Source: Octopus vulgaris
Lineage: Eukaryota
Reading direction: 5' to 3'
NCBI GenBank assembly: GCA_951406725.2
Contig: OX597831.1
Location: forward strand, 41,354,001 to 41,418,000
DNA length: 64,000 nt
The translations under genes and the position numbers were made by a program. Below the pieces are notes generated by a model, which ran no database searches, had not been told where the DNA came from, and saw only the letters and a program-made list of their open reading frames with translations. This document shows, piece after piece, positions 14,558 to 27,492 of this stretch. The number at the start of each line of letters is the position of its first letter. Position 1 is the stretch's first letter.

Positions 14558-14785
14558 GTATGTGCGTGTATATGTTTGTGTGTCTGTGTTTGTCCCCCCA
14601 ACATCGCTTGACAACCGATGATGGTGTGTTTACGTCCCCATAACATAGCGGTTCAGCAAAAGTGACCGATAGAATAAGTACTAGGCTTACAAAGAATAAG
14701 TCCTGGGGTCGATTTGCTTGATTAAAGGTGGTGCTCCAGCATGGCCTCAGTCAAATGACTGAAACAAGTAAGAGAGTAAAAGAGT
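14375..14785 (+). mobile_element. Composite tRNA-CORE SINE with internal (TA)n
   Basis: B-box ggttcagtc, CORE, (TA)n/(TATG)n and 3' module. Confidence 0.85.
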
Positions 14786-14920
14786 AGTATTAAGAAACAA
14801 AACTCGGAGTCACTGAATGCATACATGCAAAAGGACCAGATAAACGATGTGAAACTAAATTATAGAGCCATGACTGAAGGACAAGGCTTCAAACAGAGTC
14901 TGTAGTTGTAACGTTAATGT

Positions 14921-15080
14921 ATCATCATCATCATCATCGTTTAACGTCCGTTCTCCATGCCAGCATGGGTTGGACGGTTCGACCGGGGATCTGGGAAGCC
15001 AGAAGGCTGCACCAGGCTCCAGTCTAATCTGGCAATGTTTCTACAGCTGGATGCCCTTCCTAACGCCAACCACTCCGTGG
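14921..15080 (-). mobile_element. RTE-tailed short retroelement
   Basis: (CAT)n-cgtttaacgtcc tail and ggatgcccttcctaacgccaacc motif. Other copies at ~16897-17042, 19510-19915, 45765-46100 and 50490-50690. Confidence 0.65.
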
Positions 15081-15474
15081 ATTAAAATTCATTCTTCAGC
15101 ACTTCATTAGGGCTTATTTCATATCAAGTCTGGAAAGAGAAGTTGGTCACAGCAAGATGAAAACTTGGCCTGGCTCTCCATCAGTTACCATGACAAGTTT
15201 TCAAGATGATATGATCAACTGACCAGTCAGGTCATGAAGTTAACATGCAAGTGGCTGAGCACTCCATAGACATGCATACCCCTTAACATGGTTCTCAAAG
15301 AGAATCAGTGTAACAAGGCTTTTCAATATTTTACCACAGTACAATAGAGCTGGTAAAACTTTAACAAAGCCTAAATTTTTAGTTTCATATCAGACAAGTG
15401 CATAAGACTCGACTAAAACTGGATTCAAGTCCCAGTCAGTTAAGTACAGCAACTGCCACACTGAACTGACAATA

Positions 15475-15515
<41 letters not shown>

Positions 15516-15775
15516 CTTAAAATATTTATAAGTCAATTGCCTTACAAATAATAATAATGTAATATAAATGTATCTATAATTGATGGTCTTTGTTTTATAC
15601 TTCATCAGTATGGAGATAAAACTGAAGACAAAAATAGTAAATTTTGTCTTCATAGTGAAAGTAATGCATGTGTAGACCCTTAGAAAGCTTAACAGATTGT
15701 TATATTAAAAAAGTCTTGTTTGGCAATAACAAATTTCTGCTGTGGATACAGCATAAAAATCTCAAATCAGAAACC

Positions 15776-16002
15776 TTAACCCTTTAGTGTTTAAACCGGC
15801 CAAAGCTGGCCCAATATATTCTACATGTTTTATATTCAAACTGGCGATATCTAGCCTCTCACTCCTAACCTACATTGACATTCTAAAAATAAACAATCAC
15901 ATCATTGAAACCTCAAAGCTATAAGATAATGCATGATTAATTAAAAACAATGAGTGAAAAAGTATTACATTTAACAGAGTAATCTGAACACTAAAGGGTT
16001 AA
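15776..16002 (-). mobile_element. piggyBac-like MITE family B
   Basis: TTAA CCCTTTAG...CTAAAGGG TTAA. Confidence 0.8.
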
Positions 16003-17699
16003 GAGTAAGATATCAAGAACTGCAAAGTACGCAAAGTAGCAAACCAAAGAGGTTTGGCTGAAAAATCACTTCTATAAATAAGTAGATGTAACAAAGTTAA
16101 GAGCTTGTCTATTTACAAACTAATGAGGGAGCATCTATGTGGCTGTTCAACTTGTCAGAAAATAGAAAGAGCAGCCAAATTTTTCAAATTGCATTACTTA
16201 AAAATAAAAACAAAAAAAAAAACTAAAGACCCTTTTGATCGTAGCCCCACTCAATACTAAACATCAGCAAGTAATATATCCTAGCACTAATTACAAAAAT
16301 GAACTTTTGAATTTTTACAAGAAGCCTTCTGGTTGGTTCTTTCTAAAATTGGTGCCATAAAAAGCAGCAATTTCAAAAGCCAACTGACATCACTCCTTTA
16401 AATAGTTTTACTTGTTTCAGCAAGAGATTGCAATAATGGTGGGGTACTGCCATCATAAACATACACCATTTATTCATATATGTTCTTTTGTTTAGATTTT
16501 CACACCTAAAAGCTATGGATATACATTATTCTCAAAAATTAAATATTAGCTATATTTCTCCATTCCAAATGCATGACCAGAAGGAAGTTACGTCAATTGT
16601 CTAAGCTAACTGCATGGTGCATGTAGTAGGACTGAACGCAGAGTCAGATGGCCAGGAAGCAAACTACTTACACAGCCAGACCCCTGCAAGCACATGCTTG
16701 TGAGACAGAATGTGAGAGAAAGAGAAACTGCATGTGTATGTGTGCTATGTACCTTTGTCCCAATATCATGTGATGACTGTAAATGAACATCACTGTCACA
16801 CAAGTGGTGTTTGTTTCCAGTTGACTGTGGAAAGACGTCTGGTGATGGGAAATATTACCTTGCTTGAAAATAACCTAGTGCTAGAGACAGCAACAGCATC
16901 ATCATCATTGTTTAACGTCCGTTTTCCGCGCTAGCACGGGTTGGACGGTTCGACCGGGGTCTGGGAAGCCAGGGGCTGCACCAGGCTCCAGTCTGATCTG
17001 GCAGTGTTTCTACAGCTGGATGCCCTTCCTAACACCAACCTCCATATGACACATGCATGCACAGAAAGGGAAAATGAATGTTAAATTATATCTGTCTACA
17101 CTTTTCATTTGTATATACATAGATTTGCCAACAGAAACAAGTGTTGGGAAAATTCATTATACAGTAAAAGATGACAGAAATCAATAGAGACTAGAAACTA
17201 AACCAGGGTTATTAAGAGGTACAAGATCAAGTTGTGAGGCTCTGATTTCAAATAACTGGTTATTGACCATGTTAAAGAGCATGGAAGTTACACTGCTGAG
17301 AGGAGGGTTTTGAACTGCAGTAAAATGAGCGAGGGACAAGAAGAAACAAAAAAAATGCCAGAACAAACTACTCTGAATTATTTACCCCGAATGGAAAACT
17401 ACAGAAAGATTTATCTACCCAGGTATTTATTTATACATAAACAGCCGCAAAGATGACTGTATGGTCAAGAAGTACTCTTTGCAACCATGTGGCTTTGGGT
17501 TCAGTCCTATTGTGCAGCACCTATGGAAATTATCTTTTATGATGAAATCAAGCCAACCAATGTCTTCAGAGTGAATTTAGCGGATGGAAACTGCAGAAAC
17601 CCATCATGTCTGAGGGTGAGAGTGTGAGTGAATGAGAGTGCGAGCGAATGAGTGAGGGAGTGCAAGCGAATGTGAGTGAATGAGTGAGAGTAAATGAGT

Positions 17700-18215
17700 G
17701 CAAGCGAGAGACTGTGAGTGAGTGGGAGTGGGCGAGAGACTGCGAGTGAGTGTGAGTGGGCGAGAGACTGCGAGTGAGTGTGAGTGGACGAGAGACTGCG
17801 AGTGAGTGTGAGTTGGCGAGAGACTGCGAGTGAGTGTGAGTTGGCGAGAGACTGCGAGTGAGTGTGAGTGGGCGAGAGACTGCTAGTGAGTGTGAGTGGG
17901 CGAGAGACTGCGAGTGAGTGTGAGTGGGCGAGAGACTGCGAGTGAGTGTGAGTGGGCGAGAGACTGCGAGTGAGTGTGAGTGGGCGAGAGACTGCGAGTG
18001 AGTGTGAGTGGGCGAGAGACTGCGAGTGAGTGTGAGTGGGCGAGAGACTGCGAGTGGGCGAGAGACTGCGAGTGAGTGTGAGTGGGCGAGAGACTGCGAG
18101 TGAGTGTGAGTGGGCGAGAGACTGCGAGTGAGTGTGAGTGGATGAGAGACTGCGAGTGAGTGTGAGTGGACGAGAGACTGCGAGTGTGAGTGGACGAGAG
18201 ACTGCGAGTGAGTGC
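17700..18215. repeat. 28-bp minisatellite (gagtgagtgtgagtgggcgagagactgc)n inside a CORE-SINE
   Basis: About 18 near-identical units. It explains the repetitive 141-259 aa ORFs. Flanked by the SINE 5' half (~17460-17610) and 3' half (~18280-18430). Confidence 0.9.
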
Positions 18216-18752
18216 ATATGTATGCGAGTGCGTATTCAAGTATGAGACAGAGAGAGAGAGAGAGAAAGCATGCACGCATTTGACCACCACCACCACCACT
18301 ACCCCCATAACAGTTCGGCAAAAGACTTACAAAACAGAAAATCACTGGAATCGATTTGTTTGACTAAAAACTCTTCAAGTCAGTGCCCCAGTTATGTCTA
18401 CAGTTCAATGACAAACAAACAAAAGATAAAACAGAAATGGATTTGCTTTTTTACTCACAAGGTCATTAGTACAAAAGCTAACAGATTAGCTAAGAACTGT
18501 ATCAATAACTGTAATAAGCTACCCATGGAAACATGTAATTGTAACATTACTGAAGTGTTCCCAGTTTCTGCTGGGGAACAGTGGGAGGGCAGGAAATGAG
18601 CATCATCAATGGATTAGCATTGAGCATTATTACATCAGTAAAGCAGTTACCATGACTGACTCATGAAAGCAATGTGTGGAGGAGATCAGAAATCCAATTT
18701 GAATAAAACTCATTGAAATCAATCCCTATGCATTGCAACAGTCTGGAATGAA

Positions 18753-18798
<46 letters not shown>

Positions 18799-18950
18799 CA
18801 CATACATACATACACAGAGACACACAGGCATAAGCACACACACATGCACAGACACACACATACATACATACATACACACAGACATACAGATGTACATCCA
18901 CAGAGACGTACACAGATATACATACACACATATAGATAAAAGTAAAAGAA

Positions 18951-19000
<50 letters not shown>

Positions 19001-19509
19001 TAACACATGCACAAGCACACACATATATACCCCTAGATACACATATGCCACATGTGCAAAATAATATCAGTATTCTCATTATGCACACACAAATTATACA
19101 CACAAGGATTTGCTCAGCCAAGAACTACAGCCAAAGACAGTAGTTTGAGGTGCCACGCAGTGGGACAGAACATACAACCATGTGGCTGGAAACCAAACTT
19201 CAACAGTCACACCTGTGTCTCATACAACACACACACATCTACACACACCCCTATGCCACATGTGCAAAATGAACGTCCGTATTCTCATTCACCTGGCAAT
19301 ATAAATTGCTGCATGTATAGTTAGCCTGTCAGCAGCAGCAATTTAAAAGCTGCAGGTTAATTTGTTCCGAGCCACAGATCACAGGAACTCCTTACTATGA
19401 TAACAACTATGGTTCCAGGATTTTGCTAGATTATGTCGGCAATAATTGGAATTATTTCAGAAAAACTGTGCCTCTTTCTTTTTCCTTTTCTTTTTTCAAA
19501 GTTGCAAAC

Positions 19510-19915
19510 GTCATCATCAACGTTTAATGTCTGTTTTCCATACTGGCATGGGTTGGACGGTTTAACTGGGGACTGGCAAGCCAGGAGACTGCACCAGGCT
19601 CCAGTCTGATCTGGCAATGTTTCTACAGCTAGATGCCTTTCCTAACGCCAACCACTCTGAGAGTGTAGTGGGTGGTCTTTATGTGTCACCGGCATAGGAG
19701 CCAGTCAGGCGGCACTGGCATTGGCCACTTTCATATGTGCCACCGGCACAGGAATTGGTCGGGGCAGGGAGCTGGCATCAACCACATTCGGATGGTGCTT
19801 TTTATGTGCCACCAGCATGGGGAGCCAGTCAAGCGGTTCTGGTAGCGACCCACGCATAAATGGTGCTTATTGCATACCACCAGCACTGGTATCACATTTG
19901 ATTGTGATTTGATTT
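19510..19915 (-). mobile_element. RTE-tailed retroelement with internal gtgccaccggca repeats
   Basis: Reverse complement of 45765-46100. Confidence 0.65.
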
Positions 19916-19938
19916 TCTTGACCCAATAGGTATTCACA

Positions 19939-19973
<35 letters not shown>

Positions 19974-20075
19974 CAAAACCATGTATGACTTGTGTTCAGG
20001 CCAAAGACTGAAACCAAAACATTATAACCGAAGTGTAAATTAAACACTGCAATTTATAGACAAATAAATATGGAA

Positions 20076-20293
20076 TATTATTTTCTACTCCAGGCACAAA
20101 GCCTAAAATCTGGGGGCAGGGGGCCAGTCAATTGGATTGACCCCCAATACGCAACTGGTACTTAATTTATCGATCCCGAAAGGATGAAAGGCAAAGTCAA
20201 CCTCGGCGGAATTTGAACTCAGAACATAAAGACAGACGAAATACCGCTAAGCATTTCACCTGGCATAATATTCTTTTCTACTCTAGGCACCTT
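20076..20293 (-). mobile_element. Meta-type tRNA SINE
   Basis: Reverse complement of the gcctttcatcctttcgggatcgataaattaagtaccag core; flanked by direct repeat ataaatatggaa. Confidence 0.8.
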
Positions 20294-20389
20294 ATAAATA
20301 TGGAACATTAAAGCCTTGCTACATTTCAAAAATATACCCCAACTCGAGATTGTATCAATCAACGTCAAACTAAATATAGTACATAATTA

Positions 20390-20605
20390 TTCCTTCCTAC
20401 TTTAGGCACAAGGCCTGAAATTTTAGGGGAGGGGGCTAGCTGATTCCATTAACCCCCGGCACTTGATTGGTACTTATTTTATTGACCCTAAAAGGATAAA
20501 AGGCAAAGTCAACCTCAGCTGAATTTGAACTCAGAACACAAAGACAGTCGAAATGCCGCTAAGCATTTCGCCTGGTCTGCTATCGATTCTGGTATCTCAC
20601 TGCCT
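20390..20605 (-). mobile_element. Meta-type tRNA SINE
   Basis: Same core, CpG-decayed; ~19-bp TSD taaatatagtacataatta / taaatacagtccataatta. Confidence 0.8.
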
Positions 20606-20985
20606 TAAATACAGTCCATAATTAGTGATGGGCAGAAAATAAAATTGAAAACAATGAAACAGTTCTTTGTTTTCATCTACACAAAAATTTGTATTATAAA
20701 TAAATGCTGTCTACAGACGTATAGTATATGTCCTAGAAATAACTAGCAAAAGCACCGGATTGAGTGGTTTAAAGCATTTTACCACTCCCTGAAGATTTAA
20801 AATTGTGTATTCAAATTTATTAAGATTGTGACTAAAAAAAACAAATGTTTTCAAAAAGTAAAAAGTTGTCTCACTCAACAAACTGAGTAGCGAGAATTGA
20901 AACTTCTTCAAGTAGACCATCACTTGATTTCCTCATCACTGTGAAGTAATCTACTTAGTACCCACAATATATTTCAACTCCACAA

Positions 20986-21199
20986 ATAACCCTTAGTGTT
21001 CAAGCCAGCCATATCTGGCCCTAGTATTTAACCTGCTTTATGTTAAAACTGGCCAGATCTGGCCTCTCCTCTGAGCCCTAAAAATATCATTCTAAAACTA
21101 AATCATCAAAATCTCTAAATTACAAGATAATGCACAATTAATTCAAAACAATACAACTAAACAAAATTTGACAAAATAATTTGAATACCAAAAGGTTAA
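20986..21199 (-). mobile_element. piggyBac-like MITE family B
   Basis: Similar to the 15776 copy; ends aaagg TTAA. Confidence 0.65.
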
Positions 21200-21247
21200 G
21201 GACTAAGAACAGAGCTACAGGTGAATGTGTGCAATAATTAACCAACT

Positions 21248-21477
21248 TTAACCCTTTCGATACCAACCTGCCTGAAACCGCCTCTGGCTCTGAGTACAAA
21301 TGTCTTGTTTTCAATAAGTTTTGAATTAAAACCTTCCACCGAACCTTAGTCACAATTTATGTTCCTAACACCAGCTGAATGATAACTAAGTTATTTTACT
21401 AAATTCTTTGTTATATTTAAAATTAAATGAAAGAAACACAGAATATCTCAGCAGAAATATGGTAACAAAAGGGTTAA
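21248..21477 (+). mobile_element. piggyBac-like MITE family A
   Basis: TTAA CCCTTT...AAAGGG TTAA. Other copies at 27947-28108 (partial) and 50104-50333 (minus strand). Confidence 0.8.
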
Positions 21478-21718
21478 AAAGCACATCTTAATCCACAAAA
21501 TATTTTTTCATAAATGTGCTCAGTGATTCCATATATTATATATAAATCATTTTTGATGTTCCAGTTTTCCAGTAGATGCATGGGTCAAAGAGAACAAAAA
21601 AAAATATATATATATATATACCCTCCTCTGTTAGGAACTTACACCTACCAAAGGTCAAGGCTACAGCAGAAGACATTTGCCATGGTGTGATGCAGTGGGA
21701 CTGAACCCAAAACCATGT

Positions 21719-21930
<212 letters not shown>

Positions 21931-22764
21931 CTCCATTCTTTGTAATATAGACACAAGGCCAGAAATTTGGTTCGGAGAGTATAATCATTAGCAAAATTAC
22001 AGTTGAGGATTTCATAGTAAGTCTACTAAATCAGAGCTGAAAAGGGGCTGGACAACAACAACTGTGTTTCCAACCAATATGGAATCCTTTTAACAGCGAA
22101 TCTTAAATTTTCCCCTGTGGTTTACCACCCCACTACACCATTGCAAAAATATATCCTATACAATCACAAGATGTCCATAGCCTCTATCGTTAACACAGTG
22201 TTAGGGCTTTATATATATATTCATGCACCTACACACAAAAGCAATTTATTTACCTTATCAGATTTAATCAGCAATATTTTGCTCTTAAATGTTACATGAT
22301 ATCATAGCATTTAGGAACAAATAATCAATCAGCATCGGCTCCAGGTAAGGCCTGATTGAACAAGAATATGATCAAAGGCATTCCAACCACAATTTCATTA
22401 TTTTCAGCTATAGTACATCTATAACTGCCTTATCAAAAAGACCTTTTTTGTATTTTGTTTAAAGAGGGAGCCTTAATAGATCTCTTGGCCTGTTAAATTT
22501 CCCTTCAAATCATACCTTATACACTTTGAAAATCAAAACCTATTAGATAAACTATCCCAAGAGATAGGCATGAAAATGAAATTGTCATGAGTGGAATTCA
22601 GGGCCAAACAACTACTACTACTACAATAACCAAAGTGGTAGGTGAGCAGAAAACATTACAGCTTCAGACAAAATATAGTATTTAGCTAGAGCTCGGAGTT
22701 CCAATCCAACAGAGGTCAACTTAGTAGTTCATTTTTTCGGGGTTAATAAAATAAGCAGCTAGTC

Positions 22765-22978
22765 ATTGCTGGCAGAATCATTCATGTACTGGACAAAATG
22801 CTTAAACATTCCTTCTGGGGCTTTACTTTCTGAGTTCAAATCTCACCGAGGTCACCTTGTCCTTTCATCTTTCTGGGGGTCAATAGAATAAAGTACTGGT
22901 TAAATATTACTGTCAGTGTAATCAACTAACTCTCTGCTTCTGGAATTGCTGGCCTAGTGGCAAAATTTGAAACCATTG
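22765..22978 (+). mobile_element. Meta-type SINE, degraded
   Basis: ctggcagaatc head, gagttcaaatc B-box and cctttcatc core; preceded by a partial copy at ~22635-22760. Confidence 0.65.
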
Positions 22979-24877
22979 TTAATTATTATTATCATCATCA
23001 TCAATATTGTTAGAATGCTGATGCTCAACACAATAGTAAGGCTAGCTGCCATGGTTTTACAGTAAGTAAAATGCAAAGCCTTGAAGTTTCAAGTTCGAAT
23101 TTTGCTAAATTCTTTTACATCAATACTTCAAAAGTTATAGAAACATATGTGTCGTACACCTCAGCAATCACCAACATCATACTCGTGTACATTCAATTTT
23201 TTTCCTTCTTAGGAAGAGTCAGACATAGCTGTCTTCTACTATAGACTCAGGCCCAACTAATACCTTGTTAGTAAATATGGTAGACCACCCATGGGGGTCC
23301 ATACATACAAGATTAGTTGTTAAAAAATGTGCAATAGATTGATTATACCTCTGCTATATACAAAAAATATTGACAATTTTTTTTTTATACAATTCCTATT
23401 ATTTAATTATAAAAGTATAATAGGGTTCTTATATATCAAATGGCTATCAGGGTCCACCGAGTAAAATAGGAACCAACGGGGTTCAAAGACAAAAAATAGT
23501 AGAGAACCAGTGGTAGACGGGAGATTTGTCCAAAAATCCGTGATGTGTGTATACTTAGAGAAAGAGAGAGAGAAAGAGATGCGTATATGTCCGACAATCC
23601 CGTAGCTTGACAACTGATGTTGGTTTGTTTACGTCCCCGTAACCGAGCAATAGAAAGATACCGATAGACACTGATAAAATAAACTGTAAAAATATGTACT
23701 AGGGTCGATTTGTTCGATTAACAAAAAAAAACCTTCAACGTGGTGCCCCAGCATGGCCGCATTCCAATGACTGAAATAACGAAAAGATAAGATACAAAGC
23801 TTTTGTGCTAAATAAGCTGTAATTAGCAGCAGTAATCGTTCGTTACAACAAGTATCATTATAACTACCACTGCTGTTACTGTCACTTGTTTCTTACAGAC
23901 ACAACGCCTCAAGATACACAGGTAGTAATTAGGGAGTCTGTGACATTCATGCTTTTCCACATAAGCAAATGTAATGTGCTAAGTTCACTAGTGTGTGTGT
24001 GTGGGCGGAGATTTACAAAGAAAAACTAGCAATTAAAACGAAAATAAATTGCTAAGTAGATAAACAGGATATGAGAGAGAGAGCTGACAAGGAGACCTAA
24101 ATCTGCTTAACAGATTGTATGGTGGGTCATTAAAACTAAAAAAATATAAGCGAAGCGGCCAAAGCAAATACTTCCGGTTTTCTTTCTAAAAAACCACGTG
24201 GTTCGTCAATGGACTACACTTTGAAATGTAGTCGTCCTCATCTCTTTAAGATAGTTGGGTGTGATTTGAGGGAAATGTCGTTGCTATTTCTAGCAGGTCT
24301 AAGCAGCAACGGAGCCCCTATTCGAACGATCTGCCAGATGTAGGAGAAACTGCTTAGCAATAGATAATATAATTTAAAAAGGTAAGAAAATATATTTGCA
24401 ATGGCGATGTGAACGACACACACTTCCATAAAACAGACAAGCTACTTCAAGTCTGAATACGGTGTGAATGGAGGAAGAGGTAAACATTATAACGATTATT
24501 ACTATTATCACTACTACAACTGAATCGATCCACATATCTAACGACCTATTTCTTTCATCGGCGTGTAGAAAGTAAAAGCTAAAGTCGTAAAACAACAAAA
24601 TGCGACATAAAATAAACCAGGCCTTTTTTCTTTTTCCTTGGACCTATTTTCTGCACTCTCTAATTATGCTATATAACACAGCTTATAGTATCTAAGCCGC
24701 ATGATGGAATTTCTACGCAGTTGTACTGTCACTTGCAGATGTACACTTGTTTAACCACAGGTCAAAACTAATCATACGTTTAAAAGCAGTTTTAAGCCAT
24801 AGCAAGTCTTTTTTTTTTTTCGGCCTGTATATAACTAGTAACTGTTTCGAAGATCTCAGTTCATTCAACTATTTTAT

Positions 24878-24965
24878 AAGTTCATCTCCACAGATTTTTC
24901 TATAGAATTCGGAGCCAGCACAGTGCTAGCTCTAAATTTTAGAGAAAATCTGTGGAGATAAACTT
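24878..24965. repeat. 88-bp near-perfect palindrome
   Basis: aagttcatctccacagattttt...gcac a gtgc...aaaatctgtggagataaactt. Confidence 0.85.
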
Positions 24966-25068
24966 TGAAATGAAAACATCGCAATGCTAACATTACAGTA
25001 AGGCACACTACTGACTTTTAAACCTTTAATTTACTTGGTAGTACATTATGGTTGCAAAACGAAATACC

Positions 25069-25299
25069 TATTTCTTTATTACCCACAAGGGGCTAAACAC
25101 AGAGGGGACAAACAAGGACAGACATAGGTATTAAGTCGATTACATCGACCCCAGTGCGTAACTGGTACTTAATTTATCGACCCCGAAAGGATGAAAGGCA
25201 AAGTCGACCTCGGTGGAATTTGAACTCAGAACGTAACGACAGGCGAAATACCGCTAAGCCTTTCGCCCGAGGTGCTAACGTCTCTGCCAGCTCGCCGTC
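25069..25299 (-). mobile_element. Young Meta-type tRNA SINE
   Basis: Full length with CpGs intact and a perfect 16-bp TSD, tgcaaaacgaaatacc (25053-25068 / 25300-25315). Confidence 0.9.
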
Positions 25300-25594
25300 T
25301 GCAAAACGAAATACCGAGTCCATGCTAACAATATCAACAAACTGTATGACACGTGAGACTGTCATATGCAGAGCCGCTCCCCAGGGAGCGCTTCCTATCG
25401 ACCATGAACAGCAACACCTGAAAGCAACTTAATCACCTGTATTGGTGCTTAAGTTTTACTTCACTGGTATTTCCATTCAAAAAATTCTGCTTCATAAATG
25501 CCTCGGGTGGGGGGGGCCTCCACGACTTGACCCAAATTCGTCCTGGATTGCATAAGCTGGCGGACATGAACAGCAATAATGAAAATAAATTCTT

Positions 25595-25893
25595 TTATTG
25601 GTTTCAGCCATTTGACTGCGACCATGCTGGAGCACTGCCTTTAGTCGACCCCCAAGACATTTTTTGTAAGCCTAGTACTTATTCTATCGGCCTCTTTTGC
25701 CGAACCGCTAAGTTGTCAAGCGATGGAGAGAGGGGACAAACACACATACAAACATATGATGAGCTTCTTTCAGTTTCCGTCTACCAAATCCACTCACAAG
25801 GCTTTGGTCGGCTGGAGACTATAGTAGAAGGTGCCACGCAGTGGGACTGAACCCGAAACAATGTGGTTGAGAAGCACACTTCTTACCACACAA
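25595..25893 (-). mobile_element. Composite tRNA-CORE SINE with internal deletions
   Basis: Reverse complement of the family consensus; a head-to-head plus-strand copy follows at ~25980-26118. Confidence 0.75.
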
Positions 25894-26114
25894 GTTGCGC
25901 CTGGACCTAGTAGCGAAAGAGAAATAGCCGACGAGGAGTATAAAAAGGTTTAAAGGATTTCTATAACCGAAACAGTAATCGTTGGTTGTGTGATTAAGAA
26001 GCTCGCTTGGCAACCATGCGGTTTCGGGTTCGGTCCCACTACACGACACCTATCTTAGCTATGGGTCGCCCAATGCCTGGAGAGTAAACTTCGTAGATGG
26101 AAACTGAATGGAAG

Positions 26115-26154
<40 letters not shown>

Positions 26155-26158
<4 letters not shown>

Positions 26159-26326
26159 GTGACCTCGTGTTTACCGTTGGCCATTTTTTTCCTCTGTCTT
26201 CCCTTCTATGTTTCCGACGAAGAGCTCCGCTCGAAACGTTAAACCCTCCTTCTTTCCTGAGCGTCCAATAATACTATATTTGTTCCACGTCCTCGCGTTG
26301 TGTTTTTTGTGCTTTCTTGTTTGGAT

Positions 26327-26332
<6 letters not shown>
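26155..26332 (+). mobile_element. Solo Penelope-like pseudo-LTR between (TA)n arrays
   Basis: Near-identical to the reverse complement of 52127-52330, which abuts a Penelope RT. Contains the hammerhead-like motif (c)cgacga-agagctccgctc-gaaacgtt. Confidence 0.75.
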
Positions 26333-26384
<52 letters not shown>

Positions 26385-26556
26385 GGTTGTATACTGTCAA
26401 TCTAACAAGAACGTGACAGTAGGGGGTACACCACCGTTATATAGCCCTAGGAGGCATCGAACGCCTCCTGACAGCTTCGACACATTTTATCCTGTGTCCT
26501 TATATACACATACGAAGGGGAGACAAACACCCCCAACCGCCGGAACTGCATCTAGG

Positions 26557-26589
26557 GACACCGTGTTTCAGGATCATTGTCCTTCATCA
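26557..26589 (-). ncRNA. Hammerhead ribozyme core (5'-truncated) in a second PLE-like fragment (26383-26590)
   Basis: Minus strand reads TGATGA AGGA caatga TCCT GAAA CACGGT GTC: core boxes, 4-bp stem II, short stem III and GUC cleavage triplet. C3 and the stem I 5' arm are replaced by (TA)n. Confidence 0.6.
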
Positions 26590-27066
26590 TATATATATAT
26601 ATATACACACAAACAAACACACCTGTGCTGTTTCTCCCACGGATATAATCTAAATCACACTGAAAACAGAAACCTGCTTCCCGATCGACTGGCAAGACAT
26701 TATTCGATTCCATCACAGTCTACTAACATGCTGGTCTGCTTATCTATTAAAGTCATCTGATGAGCATACATGTCATGTATCCCGGTAAATTCAATACTCG
26801 TCTCACTGTATCCACACCACGGACTGTGCCGAATCAATGAACCCAGCCTTCCTTCCCTCGTCAGAACATGAATTCACTGAAAGTTTGGGCAAACTGCGGT
26901 CCACGAAACTTTCTGAATGACACACCAAACGGAAAATTGCGCTGAATTAGCACAACCCGTTTCTCGAAATATGTCTCCCTTGCAACTGTCGACTTGTAAA
27001 CTGTTCACGGGTCTCATAGAGCCTAGAAGGCATTGGAACACAATCCCATCCCCAGAACCAAGCTAA

Positions 27067-27492
27067 GGCAATGTTTCGTCTCTAGTAGACCTTTCCGTCG
27101 ATTTCCGTAAAAAAATTTATTTTTTTTTTTACATATGGGCTTGCGGGAACTTTTGAAGTAATGAGAGCGAAAGAGACTAAGAGAAATCGATTGTATGACA
27201 AGGGAAGTTCTTTTGAAGTTACCGTCCAGGGGAAGCATTGATGTACATGTGTGTGTGTGTTTGATGGGGTGTGGGAGACAGACAGTATGTTGTGTAAGTG
27301 AAGTGCTTCTGTTAGTGTGTGTGAAGAGACAGAGAGAGTAATGTGTGAAAGAAAGAGATAACTGAAATTTTTTACTCGGTGTATGTGTATATGTATGTAT
27401 ATTACTTCAAAAGTTCCCGCAAGCCCATATGTAAAAAAAAAAAAATTTTTACGGAAATCGACGGAAAGGTCTACTAGAGACGAAAGATCGCC
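27067..27492. mobile_element. Merlin-like MITE family B (426 bp)
   Basis: ~95-bp TIRs starting GGCAAT/GGCGAT and a 9-bp TSD ccaagctaa (27058-27066 / 27493-27501). A second copy lies inverted at 56996-57421. Confidence 0.75.

Noticed and set aside
15546-15621. Possible 76-nt stop-containing exon (tttttgtcttcag...|gtaagg) on the minus strand
   Set aside because: AT-rich low-complexity body and weak exonic donor context; expected by chance in 34 kb.
17700-18215. CRISPR-like regular repeat
   Set aside because: The units are contiguous with no unique spacers, the context is eukaryotic, and there are no cas genes.
17537-18345. 141-259 aa ORFs with SHSLAVSRPLTLTR repeats
   Set aside because: They are translations of a 28-bp minisatellite open in all three frames, with no coding signature.
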